Positions 13,463 through 25,221 of a stretch of 39,435 nucleotides of DNA are shown here, piece by piece. Position 1 is the first letter of the stretch; each line of letters begins with the position of its first letter. Source of the DNA: Nemertoderma westbladi (lineage: Eukaryota; Animalia; Xenacoelomorpha); the NCBI GenBank assembly GCA_032718475.1, contig JAUCBJ010000026.1, positions 1 through 39,435 of the forward strand, written 5' to 3'. The notes below the pieces were generated by a model. The model saw nothing but the letters and a program-made list of their open reading frames with translations, was not told the DNA's origin and ran no database searches. The position numbers and the translations under genes are program-made.

Positions 13463-15348
13463 GGTCGAAATCCGTTTTGGCTCTTACGCAGTAGTTTCTC
13501 TATGTGAGGCCTAATCCTATATAGAATCATTTTATTGTATATTTTGGCAGCTACCACAAGCAGACAGATCCCACGATAGTTTGTTGGTATGCCGAGGTCT
13601 CCTTTCTTGGGGAGAGGCTTTAGTTGACCTTTAGTGAAAATTGGTGGTGGCTTTTCCCCTTTTAACATCCGGTTGCAAACATTCAATAATGGTCTATTTA
13701 GCACTCCGGTTTTCCATACCTCCGCTGGGATTTCATCTAATCCACTCGCTTTATTATTGGACATGCTTTTAATGCTTCTTTGGAGTTCGGCAGGTGTGAA
13801 GTCCCCTGTTTCTATAGGTAGTGTCTTGTCATATATTTTCCTTGTAGGGCTGACCTCGATGTTTGGTGGCTGCCCAAGCAAGTTGCTGAAGTGATTTTTC
13901 CACTTTCCAACACGTTCTTCAGGACTATCGGCTTTGAGGCGCCCCTTTGCACAACTTTTCCGACCAGATACCTCATTTACAGTTTGCCAGGTAAGTCTTG
14001 ATTGTTGCTGTATGTGAGCAGTTGTAATTGCTTCAGTTTTATCCTGTATGTACTTTTCCTGGCTGATGTTATAGGCCAATTTAAGATCGTCCTTAGCTTT
14101 CTCAACCTTGTTAATGTTTTCGGTTGTTGGTTGTTCGGTTTTAACTTTGTAGGCAATCTTAAGATCTTCTCTCTTACAAGTAACCTCAGAGTTTTGCCAT
14201 GGCACATACTGTTTTCGTTTAGGTTTCTGGGGGATATGCCTCTTAGCTGATTCCTTGTGGGCTGTTATTATATTCTGGTATATTGAATCGGTGGATTGGT
14301 CTTCATCCATTGACTGAAGTGCTTCAAAGCGGTTTTGAACTTCTACTGTATAAGCATCCTTTACTGCATTGTCAGTTCTGAGTTTCTCCCAGTCATAGTT
14401 GATTTGCTTGCTTGTCCTGGGTTTGCTGGCTCTCAAACTGAGTCTGATCTCTGCAGTCACAATTCTGTGGTCCGAACCAATTAGGTTGAACGAGCTGTAT
14501 GCCTCGCAGTTGATCATGCTGTTTCTCCACTTTTTGTTTATAAGGATGTAATCCAGTTGTACTTTGGTTCCATTAGGGTATTGAAAGGTCCATAGCTTCC
14601 CCTTATTCTTTTCGAATGTGTTGTTTGTTGGTATCAATTCACATTCTTCCATTAGGTCTAAAAGTAAGTACCCATTTCTGTTAGAACTGGTGTTATAGGT
14701 GTAACCCTTGATGTCTTCTGGGCCAATTTGCGCATTCAGGTCACCAGCAATGACTTTAACATTGTGTTTCGGGATGTCCTTAACAAGTCCAGTCAGTTCT
14801 TCATAAAACTTGACTGCTTGTTCTGGTTCTGATGCATTGGTTGGACTGTAGCAACATATAACTGTTGTCTTGGGATTCCCATCAAATGTTGCGATCATAA
14901 CCCTGGAATTTATAGATTCGACGTTGTTTATGGTCTTAAGTGCAAATGGGCTTAGCAGAATTCCTACTCCACCAATTGATGCATTGGCCGAGTTTCTTAC
15001 TGCTGAGCTTGTTACTAACGTCCATCCATTTCCAATGTCATTGTACTTCATGGCAGTGTCTTCATGACAAATCCGATGTTCTTGGATGCAGATGATGTCG
15101 ATGTTATATTCCATTGCCAGAGCGACCATGTCACCCTGTTTGCTCTGTGCTTTCAGCGTGCGTGCGTTCATTGTAGCAATATTTAGTGTCTTTTTACATT
15201 TCAACAGGTTGGTTCTTCTTTCTTCTCTGTCTTCTGTTCCAGTAGCCAATTTATCGACCCCAGCCTGGTGTACCACTGAGGGACGCGGTCCTTGTTGACC
15301 CGGGCGACGACCGAGCCGGTATTTCTCCTGGAGGGTTCTCATACTCAT
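13463..15348 (-). pseudogene. RTE ORF, N-terminal part (AP endonuclease and start of RT)
   Basis: Motifs ATMNARTL, ICIQEHR, GGVGILL, AGDLNAQIG, QLDYILI, GSDHRIV, KASGLDEIPAE and NYRGICLL. Confidence 0.93.
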
Positions 15349-16069
15349 ATCTTTCAGTTGCGGGGGTAAACCGCTTGTGGTCGCAACTCCTACAAGCGTC
15401 TTCGCAGTAGGTCGCCGTTGGTTGATTACCTTCCGCCGACCTTGTCAGCATGTCTAGCCGTTGGTTTTATCTAGTAAGGAAAAGTTATTTCATTTGGAGA
15501 AACAAAACACCGACTTATTTCCCTTTAAACTTCGCTCACACTTTCTATATGCAGCGGAAGTTATAACGCGGATAAAGTTAGTTTATATGACAGACACTTT
15601 ACTATTTCAAAAAAGAAAACCAGAAATAAATAATTAATGGAAACTAATCAACAATCAGCACCATAACTACAACAGTAAACGACTCTATGGCTAAGTTTGT
15701 TAACGAAATTATCTGTACAAATAAATCTCAAAATTAAATTACTCTATATACACATACTATGCTGTTACTTACAATATATATATATATATATCTAGTATAT
15801 ACACAAAGTAAATAATTTATTCCAGTTTGACTTAATTTATAAGAAAACTAAATAATAAATAACACAGCCGACGCTAATAAATAAATATAAATATCTATAT
15901 AATGTTAACAGTAATAATATTATTATGCAATAGTTGGAGCAATTTGTAGATTTCTTCTGTATTTATGTTAGACCGGGCGGATACTGAAAAATAATCACCG
16001 CGTAATGACTAGTTTTATTGAGTAGTGTGATTTAAAGTAGAAGTTTTAAATGTAAATATCACACCCATT

Positions 16070-16268
16070 ATTACTTTTAATCACGCTTACTACTTTTAAT
16101 CACGCTTACTACTTTTAATCACGCTTACTACTTTTAATCACGCTTACTACTTTTAATCACGCTTACTACTTTTAATCACGCTTACTAGTTTTAATCACGC
16201 TTACTAGTTTTAATCACGCTTAGTACTTTTAATCACGCTTAGTACTTTTAATCACGCTTACTACTATT
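16070..16268. repeat. 19-bp minisatellite (TACTACTTTTAATCACGCT), about 10 copies
   Basis: Read directly. Confidence 0.95.
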
Positions 16269-16479
16269 TAAGAATAAAAAAATGAGAAATATTATATGTT
16301 TCACTTCCGGCACTCGTAACATTTTACGTAAAAAAAGCAACTATATTTCCCCAATATATTAAATAATTATTATCTGATAGAAGATAAATATAAAAAAATA
16401 TAAATAATATAAATACGAACATAATTATTTTCGTACCGACTGGCGGTGCTTCATCAGATATAGGTCTGTAGGTAGGTTA

Positions 16480-17034
16480 AATACCACCAGAAAATTAACC
16501 CCTAAAGAAAAATCACTGACTAACATTCCCCTTCCATACGTAAAAGATCTAACGGAAGATTTAGAACGTTTATGTAATCGTTACAATATCGGCACCTACT
16601 TTCAACCCGGTACATCCATTGTATCAATTATCTGCAAAGGACACAAACCCAAAAAACCCCCAAACTCCGTAACATACAGTATACCTTGCTCATGTGGGAA
16701 ATTTTACATAGGAGAATCTAGTTATACAAAGGACGTCCGACAAAAACAACACACCGCAGACATAAAACATAGTAGAATCAAACAATCAGAACTCACCGCC
16801 CATATCATCACATCACAACACACACCCGACTTTAATAACTCCAAAATACTGCACAGAGGACTAAACCACACTTTAAGACGAAGAATTCTAGAAAGTTTAT
16901 TTATAAAAGAAGGAGGTGACAAAGTAATTAACGGTAGATTATCAGTGAACGTATCATCAATATTCGTACCATTTCTACGCGGTATCCAAGATTTCTATAA
17001 CAGGGCCCAGAACCACAAAAAACATACACACTAA
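16480..17034 (+). pseudogene. Penelope GIY-YIG endonuclease domain (open frame, no start codon)
   Basis: Hand translation gives IPLPYVKDLTEDL...VTYSIPCSCGKFYIGES...RQKQH...SELTAHIITSQHTPDFNNSKIL...RRRILESLFI...IN, matching the PLE linker and GIY-YIG domain with CCHH residues. Absent from the ORF track. Confidence 0.88.
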
Positions 17035-17084
17035 CACAAAAAATAGGGGAGGGGGAGGTTACAATAACTATATAATAAAATAGT

Positions 17085-17255
17085 AGCATTTATTAATTTA
17101 GGATATGACATATTAGTATTTATTAATTTTAGGATATAAAAAATAGCATTTATTAATTTAGGATATGACAAATTAGCATTTATTAATTTAGGATATGACA
17201 TATTAGCATTTATTAATTTAGGATATAATAAATTAGCATTTATTAATTTAGGATA
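17085..17255. repeat. About 30-bp tandem repeat (TAGCATTTATTAATTTAGGATATGACATAT), 5-6 copies, in the PLE 3' region
   Basis: Read directly. Confidence 0.9.
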
Positions 17256-17585
17256 AGAAACTATTAGTTTTCATAATGCATAAAATTAGTTAAAGATACA
17301 TACTGTATAACTCTTCATGCTTCATCAACTTTATACTGTACATACAATACAATTATAACAGACCTAATCATATTAGATTTATCATACAGTTCCACAGTTA
17401 CCGTGTCATTACTGCTATATACCTACACTGTACTCGTAGTCAGAATTCAGAATGCCTAAGTACTGAAGTATCGCTATGTTAATATTACAATTACTGTATT
17501 TACATCTGAATGTTATTAATCATACTTATGTGTTTCCCTTTCTATTATATTGTACCCTTATCATTAGTATTTTGTTAACCTACCT

Positions 17586-17642
17586 ACAGACCTATATCTG
17601 ATGAAGCACCGCCAGTCGGTACGAAATATATTATAATACTGT
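17586..17642 (+). ncRNA. Candidate type I hammerhead ribozyme
   Basis: CTGATGA (17598-17604), stem II ACCG/CGGT, GAAA (17623-17626), a short AT-rich stem III and an AUA or AUU triplet. Minimal hammerheads are an established feature of PLE pseudo-LTRs. Confidence 0.6.
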
Positions 17643-17813
17643 TATAATCTCGCAACAAATTTAATTATATTTATACTATGAATCAACCACCATTAACTCA
17701 ATTAATTATCGCTATAATTATTTTCAAAATTTATTTTGGGTTTTAGTACAAATAACAATGCCCTCGAGTACAGGACGAGTTAACGGATCAACATAACATA
17801 GTTTATACTGTGT

Positions 17814-20800
17814 GTACAGAGGTGCCGGTACCTTATCTGTACAGAGGTACCGGTACCTTATCTGTACAGAGGTACCGGTACCTTACCTGCACAGAGGTAC
17901 CGGTACCTTATCTGTACAGAGGTGCCGGTACCTTATCTGTACAGAGGTACCGGTACCTTATCTGTACAGAGGTACCGGTACCTTATCTGTACAGAGGTAC
18001 CGGTACCTTACCTGTACAGAGGTACCGGTACCTTATCTGTACAGAGGTACCGGTACCTTACCTGTACAGAGGTACCGGTACCTTACCTGTACAGAGGTAC
18101 CGGTACCTTATCTGTACAGAGGTGCCGGTACCTTATCTGTACAGAGGTGCAGGTACCTTATCTGTACAGAGGTACCGGCACCTTACCTGTACAGAGATAC
18201 CGGTACCTTATCTGTACAGAGGTACCGGTACCTTATCTGTACAGAGGTACCGGCACCTTACCTGTACAGAGGTACCGGTACCTTACCTGTACAGAGGTAC
18301 CGGTACCTTATCTGTACAGAGGTGCCGGTACCTTATCTGTGCAGAGGTACCGGTACCTTATCTGTACAGAGGTGCCGGTACCTTATCTGTATAGAGGTGC
18401 CGGTACCATATCTGTGCAGAGGTACCGGTACCTTATCTGTACAGAGGTGCCGGTACCTTATCTGTACAGAGGTGCCGGTACCTTACCTGTACAGAGGTAC
18501 CGGTACCTTATCTGTACAGAGGTACCGGTACCTTACCTCTACTGAGGTACCGGTACCCTTATCTGTACAGAGGTACCGGTACCTTACCTTTACAGAGGTA
18601 CCGGTACCTTATCTATACAGAGGTACCGGTACCTTATCTGTACAGAGGTACCGGTACCTTACCTGTACAGAGGTACCGGTACCTTACCTGTACAGAGGTA
18701 CCGGTACCTTATCTGTACAGAGGTGCCGGTACCTTATCTGTGCAGAGGTACCGGTACCTTATCTGTACAGAAGTACCAGTACCAGTACCTTACCTGTACA
18801 GAGGTACCGGTACCTTATCTGTACAGAGGAACAGGTACCTTACATGTACAGAGGTACAGGTACCTTATCTGTACAGAGGTGACAGTACCTTATCTGTACA
18901 GAGGTGACAGTACCTTATCTGTACAGATGTACCGGTACCTTATCTGTACAGAGGCACCGGTACCTTACCTGTACAGAGGTCCCGTACCTTACCTGTACAG
19001 AGGTACCGGTACCAGTTCTTTACCTGTACAGAGTTACCGGTACCAGTACCTTACCTGTACAGAGTTACCGGTACCAGTACCTTACCTGTACAGAGTTACC
19101 GATACCAGTACCTCACCTGTGCAGAGTTACCGGTACCTTATCTGTACAGAGGTGCCGGTACCTTATCTGTACAGAGGTACCGGTACCTTATCTGTACAGA
19201 GGTGCCGGTACCTTATCTGTACAGAGGTACCGGTACCTTATCTGTACAGAGGTGCCGGTGCCTTACCTGTACAGAGGTACCGGTACCTTATCTGTACAGA
19301 GGTACCGGTGCCTTATCTGTACAGAAGTACCGGTACCACCAGTACCTTACCTGTACAGAGGTACCGGTATCTTATCTGTACAGAGGTATCGGTACCGGTA
19401 CCTTACCTGTACGTACAGAGGTACCGGTACCTTACCTGTACGAACAGAGGTACCGGTGCCTTATCTGTACTGAGGTGCCAGTACCTTATCTGTGGTACCG
19501 GTACATTATCTGTACAGAGGTACCGGTACCTTATCTGTACAGAAGTACCGGTACTAGTACTTTATCTGTACAGAGGTAACGGTACTTTACCTGTACAGAG
19601 GTACCGGTACCTTATCTGTACAGAGGTGCCGGTACCTTATCTGTACAGAGGTACCGGTACCTTACCTGTACAGAGGTGCCGGCACCTTATCTGTACAGAG
19701 GTACCGGTACCTTACCTGTACAGAGGTACCGGTACCTTATCTGTACAGAGGTGACAGTACCTTATCTGTACAGAGGTACTGGTACCTTATATGTACAGAG
19801 GTGCCGGTACCATACCTGTACAGTGGTACAGGTACCTTACCTGTACAGAGGTACCGGTACCTTATCTGTACAGAGGTGACAGTACCGTATCTGTACAGAT
19901 GTGCCGGTACCTTATCTATACAGAGGTACCGGTACCTTACCTGTACAGAGGTACCGGTACCTTACCTGTACAGAGGTACCGGTACCTTATCTGTACAGAG
20001 GTACCGGTACCAGTTCTTTACCTGTACAGAGTTACCGGTACCAGTACCTTACCTGTACAGAGTTACCGGTACCAGTACCTTACCTGTACAGAGTTACCGG
20101 TACCAGTACCTTACCTGTACAGAGTTACCGGTACCAGTACCTTACCTGTGCAGAGTTACCGGTACCTTATCTGTACAGAGGTGCCGGTACCTTCCCTGTA
20201 CAGAGGTACCGGTACCTTACCTGTACAGAGGTACCGGTACCTTATCTGTACAGAGGTATCGGTACCTTACCTGTACAGGGGTACCGGTACCTTATCTGTA
20301 CAGAGGTATCGGTACCGGTACCTTACCTGTACAGAGGTACCGGTACATTATCTGTACAGAGGTGCCAGTACCTTATCTGTACAGAGGTACAGGTACCTTA
20401 CCTGTACAGAGGTACCGGTACCTTATCTGTACAGAGGTGACAGTACCTTATCTGTACAGATGTACCGGTACCTTATCTGTACAGAGGCACCGGTACCTTA
20501 CCTGTACAGAGGTACCGGTACCTTACCTTTACAGAGGTACCGGTACCAGTTCTTTACCTGTACAGAGTTACCGGTACAAGTACCTTACCTGTACAGAGTT
20601 ACCGGTACCAGTACCTTACCTGTACAGAGTTACCGGTACCAGTACCTCACCTGTGCAGAGTTACCGGTACCTTATCTGTACAGAGGTGCCGGTACCTTAT
20701 CTGTACAGAGGTACCGGTACCTTATCTGTAGAGAGGTGCCGGTACCTTATCTGTACAGAGGTACCGGTACCTTATCTGTACAGAGGTGCCGGTACCTTAC

Positions 20801-22859
20801 CTGTACAGAGGTACCGGTACCTTATCTGTACAGAGGTACCGGTGCCTTATCTGTACAGAAGTACCGGTACCACCAGTACCTTACCTGTACAGAGGTACTG
20901 GTACCTTAGCTGTACAGAGGTATCGGTACCGGTACCTTACCTGTACGTACAGAGGTACCGGTGCCTTATCTGTACTGAGGTGCCAGTACCTTATCTGTGG
21001 TACCGGTACCTTATCTTACAGAGGTACCGGTATCTTATCTGTACAGAAGTACCGGTACCAGTACATTACCTGTACAGAGGTACCGGTACCTTATCTGTAC
21101 AGAAGTACCGGTACCAGTAATTTATCTGTACAGAGGTAACGGTACTTTACCTGTACAGAGGTACCGGTACCTTATCTGCACAGAGGTGCCGGTACCTTAT
21201 CTGTACAGAGGTACCGGTACCTTACCTGTACAGAGGTGCCGGCACCTTATCTGTACAGAGGTACCGGTACCAGTACCTTACCTGTACAGAGGTACCGGTA
21301 CCTTATCTGTACAGAAGTACCGGTGCCAGTACCTTATCTGTACAGAGGTACCGGTACCGTATCTGTACAGAGGTGCCGGTACCTTATCTGTACAGAGGTG
21401 CCGGTACCTTATCTGTACAGAGGTACAGGTACCTTACCTGTACAGAGGTACCGGTACCTTATCTGTACAGAGGTGACAGTACCTTATCTGTACAGAGGTG
21501 ACAGTACCTTATCTGTACAGATGTACCGGTACCTTATCTGTACAGAGGCACCGGTACCTTACCTGTACAGAGGTACCGGTAGCTTACCTGTACAGAGGTA
21601 CCGGTACCAGTTCTTTACCTGTACAGAGTTACCGGTACCAGTACCTTACCTGTACAGAGTTACCGGTACCAGTACCTTACCTGTACAGAGTTACCGGTAC
21701 CAGTACCTCACCTGTGCAGAGTTACCGGTACCTTATCTGTACAGCGGTGCCGGTACCTTATCTGTACAGAGGTACCGGTACCTTATCTGTACAGAGGTGC
21801 CGGTACCTTATCTGTACAGAGGTACCGGTACCTTATCTGTACAGAGGTGCCGGTACCTTGTCTGTACAGAGGTACCGGTACCTTATCTGTACAGAGGTAC
21901 CGGTACCTTATCTGTACAGAAGTACCGGTACCAGTACCTTACCTGTACAGAGGTACCGGTACCTTATCTGCACAGAAGTACCGGTGCCAGTACCTTATCT
22001 GTACAGAGGTACCGGTACCTTATCTGTAGAGAGGTGCCGGTACCTTATCTGTACAGAGGTGCCGGTACCTTATCTGTACAGAGGAACAGGTACCTTACCT
22101 GTACAGAGGTACAGGTACCTTATCTGTACAGAGGTGACAGTACCTTATCTGTACAGAGGTGACAGTACCTTATCTGTACAGATGTACCGGTACCTTATCT
22201 GTACAGAGGCACTTCTTTACCTGTACAGAGTTACCGGTACCAGTACCTTACCTGTACAGAGTTACCGGTACCAGTACCTTACCTGTACAGAGTTACCGAT
22301 ACCAGTACCTCACCTGTGCAGAGTTACCGGTACCTTATCTGTACAGAGGTGCCGGTACCTTATCTGTACAGAGGTACCGGTACCTTATCTGTACAGAGGT
22401 GCCGGTACCTTATCTGTACAGAGGTACCGGTACCTTATCTGTACAGAGGTACCGGTACCTTATCTGTACAGAGGTGCCGGTACCTTATCTGTACAGAGGT
22501 GCCGGTACCTTATCTGTACAGAGGAACAGGTACCTTACCTGTACAGAGGTACAGGTACCTTATCTGTACAGAGGTGACAGTACCTTATCTGTACAGAGGT
22601 GACAGTACCTTATCTGTACAGATGTACCGGTACCTTATCTGTACAGAGGCACCGGTACCTTACCTGTACAGAGGTCCCGTACCTTACCTGTACAGAGTTA
22701 CCGGTACCAGTTCCTTACCTGTACAGAGTTACCGGTACCAGTACCTTACCTGTACAGAGTTACCGGTACCAGTACCTTACCTGTACAGAGTTACCGGTAC
22801 CAGTACCTCACCTGTACAGAGTTACCGGTACCAGTACCTTACCTGTACAGATAAGGTAC
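17814..22859. repeat. 25-bp satellite (GGTACCGGTACC-TTA-TCTGTACAGA)n with 31-bp variants and recurring higher-order blocks
   Basis: About 5 kb of tandem units. Variants carry an extra CCAGTA or CCGGTA hexamer. Confidence 0.99.
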
Positions 22860-23296
22860 GACAAAAGTATTAAGATATATTTATGCGGATTTAATATAAC
22901 TAATGTAACTTTAGAAAATGTATCAATATATAGTTATATTCACTTTACATCTCTAGAAGATTAACTTTACACCTATACTGAACCTGAAATCCAAATTATC
23001 GCAAAAAAAATTAAAATACTATCATAAAAAACAACTATTTATAGCTGACTGTACCGGTGCAGCAAAAGCAATCAATCAAATAATCAACAACTCCTAACTA
23101 ACTGGGTGGTTTAATATTATATAGATGTAAATGATTTCTACTATGATTCCACACTCTTACTATAGTAAGTCGATCTTACTAAAGTTAAGAAATTCCACCA
23201 TAAATAACAAAAAATTTAATATGATGTCCTACTCTTTCGTTTTGGAATGTTACAATTTTAAAATAAAACTACATTCACACAGGTTGCAATAAAGTA

Positions 23297-23373
23297 CCGT
23301 ATTTACTCGAATAAAAGCCCCCCATACCAATTTAGAAACTTAAACGCCCAGGCTCTTATTCGAGAAAATACGG
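23297..23373. mobile_element. 77-bp Tc1/mariner-type MITE
   Basis: TIRs CCGTATTTACTCGAATAA / TTATTCGAGAAAATACGG, flanked by TA on both sides. Confidence 0.85.
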
Positions 23374-23715
23374 TACTTTACATTGTTCTGATACTCGTTT
23401 CGCTATTTTCACTCTTTACGTTCGTTAATGTAACAAAAACACGGTTTTACACAAAGTTAATAAACTAATATTGTTTTTATAATAAACGTAAATAGCTAAA
23501 AATAGTTTAAATGTAAAAATGTTTATAAATTCAAAAGATTGAAAATGAAAATTCAACAGATAATTTAAATAATACTTTTTAATAAATTAATTATGGTTTA
23601 GCAACAATTATACAACATTTGTAGCACCTTAAGTTAATTGAATACGGTAAACATTTGTTTAACAAATATTAAACAGGATTAGCTATAATTTCTTATAATT
23701 TAGTGATTAATCATT

Positions 23716-24335
23716 GGGGCTGGACGTAAATCCATTCTCGGCGGTTAAATCCTCAACTTATGGAAAGGAACATCTTACAGTAGCAAGTTATTCTGAACAA
23801 AACAATGAAAGTCAATAAACGAAAGTCAATAGAACAAATGTTACTGTTTTAATTTTTGGAGTAATCAGCTGTTACTGATATATTTTTTGGAGTAATCAGC
23901 TGTTACTGTTATATTTTTGGGAGTAATCAGCTGTTACTGATATATTTTTTGGAGTAATCAGCTGTTACTGATATATTTTTGGGAGTAATCAGCTGTTACT
24001 GTTATATTTTTGGGAGTAATCAGCTGTTACTGATATATTTTTGGGAGTAATCAGCTGTTACTGATATATTTTTTGGAGTAATCAGCTTTTACTGTTATAT
24101 TTTTGGGAGTAATCAGCTGTTACTGAAATATTTTTGGGAGTAATCAGCTGTTACTGATATATTTTTGGGAGTATCAGCTTTTACTGTTATATTTTTGGGA
24201 GTAATCAGCTGTTACTGAAATATTTTTGGGAGTAATCAGCTGTTACTGTTATATTTTTGGGAGAACTACTCTAATCAGCTGTTATTTATGTCGAATTTCC
24301 GCTGGAATCGGATGGAATTTGATTGGGTCGAACGA
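23716..24335 (+). mobile_element. MITE-like element carrying an internally amplified minisatellite
   Basis: Both flanks of the array align by eye with the compact copy at 24640-24875. Confidence 0.6.
23850..24262. repeat. 31-bp minisatellite (TTTTTGGGAGTAATCAGCTGTTACTGATATA), about 13 copies
   Basis: Read directly. Confidence 0.95.
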
Positions 24336-24639
24336 TTATATAATATTAACTAAAAGTAGAAAGTATTCTACCTAAACTAATGATTGCACAAACATACTAA
24401 ACGGCCGTATAAAACTATCTACTTTACATGACGGCGTTGTTGCGGACTGTTAACTTTATATTACTATATGTGAATATATTCTAGTGTTCTGATAATATTA
24501 GAAGTTACAACTGGAAAATAATGAAATACCAGGGGGAAAAAGTTAATCTGAATTTCTTTCACAGTTTTTTAAAACAATTCTGTGATAAAAAGCGAATAGT
24601 TGTAAACCTTTTTAGAATATTTATATTCTCAGACGAGAC

Positions 24640-24875
24640 GGGGGGGGGGGGTGGAAACTGGACACGAATCCCATCTTGGCGAATTCATGTCCCGCCTCAA
24701 TGTTAAATTCTCAATTTAGGGAAAGGAGCAGGTTACAGTGGCACGTTATTTTAACAAAAACAATAAAGTAAACACAATAGAACAGATTACAGTTTTATTT
24801 GTAATCATCTGTTATTTGCGTTGAATTTCCCCTGGAGAGGGATGGATTTTTATTGCGTCCAGTCCCCCCCGCCCC
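24640..24875 (+). mobile_element. MITE-like element with imperfect TIRs
   Basis: G-run...ACTGGAC...CCATC at the left end and GATGG...GTCCAGT...C-run at the right end. No TSD identified. Confidence 0.55.
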
Positions 24876-24929
24876 TTATCTGTCTTAGACACAGTAACTA
24901 TAGAACCACATTATCCGATTTAATAAACC

Positions 24930-25221
24930 AGCCAAACACCTTCGCGCATTACGAGGTAAGCTTATCGTACGAGTACAACTGTCTAACGGTTCTCTAGTCG
25001 CCCCTGGCGGGATACTAGAGAACTGCCGAGTTCCTCAACGCAAATTATATTTCAGACTTTTTACAGACTGCGTGCGTACCGGTACCAAGCAAAGGTTGAC
25101 GGAGTTGTTAACCTTCAAACATTTGCACCGACCGACCGACAGACAGACAGACATGTTAAAAACGGCGGTACCAGTACGCTAATTTTACTTCCTCGATCGC
25201 CCCACGAATCTGAAAAACTAA
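24930..25221 (-). mobile_element. Helentron-associated (DINE-1/HINE-like) remnant abutting the ALS2 stop codon
   Basis: Minus strand GTGGGGCGATCGAGGAAGT..TTAGCGTACTGGTACC followed by a (GTCT/GTCG)n microsatellite, similar to the element at 36821. The left boundary is uncertain. Confidence 0.45.

Larger units (their letters stand above)
9292..15464 (-). mobile_element. Full-length RTE-clade non-LTR retrotransposon, interrupted by a 3-kb insertion
   Basis: Single APE+RT ORF; (TAG)n tail starting at the stop codon; TSD TTTTATCTA at 9283-9291 and 15465-15473; about 3.16 kb once the insertion is removed. Confidence 0.93.
16429..17700 (+). mobile_element. 5'-truncated Penelope-like element with an inverted partial pseudo-LTR
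   Basis: GIY-YIG coding frame plus a perfect 52-bp inverted repeat (16429-16480 and 17575-17626) containing CTGATGA...GAAA. The right boundary is approximate. Confidence 0.88.

Noticed and set aside
17810-22964. Many overlapping plus-strand ORFs (VPVPYLYRGTGT...)
   Set aside because: Translations of the 25-bp satellite in all three frames.
17814-24262. CRISPR-like appearance of the palindromic 25-bp and 31-bp repeats
   Set aside because: Units are head-to-tail without unique spacers, there are no cas genes, and the context is eukaryotic.
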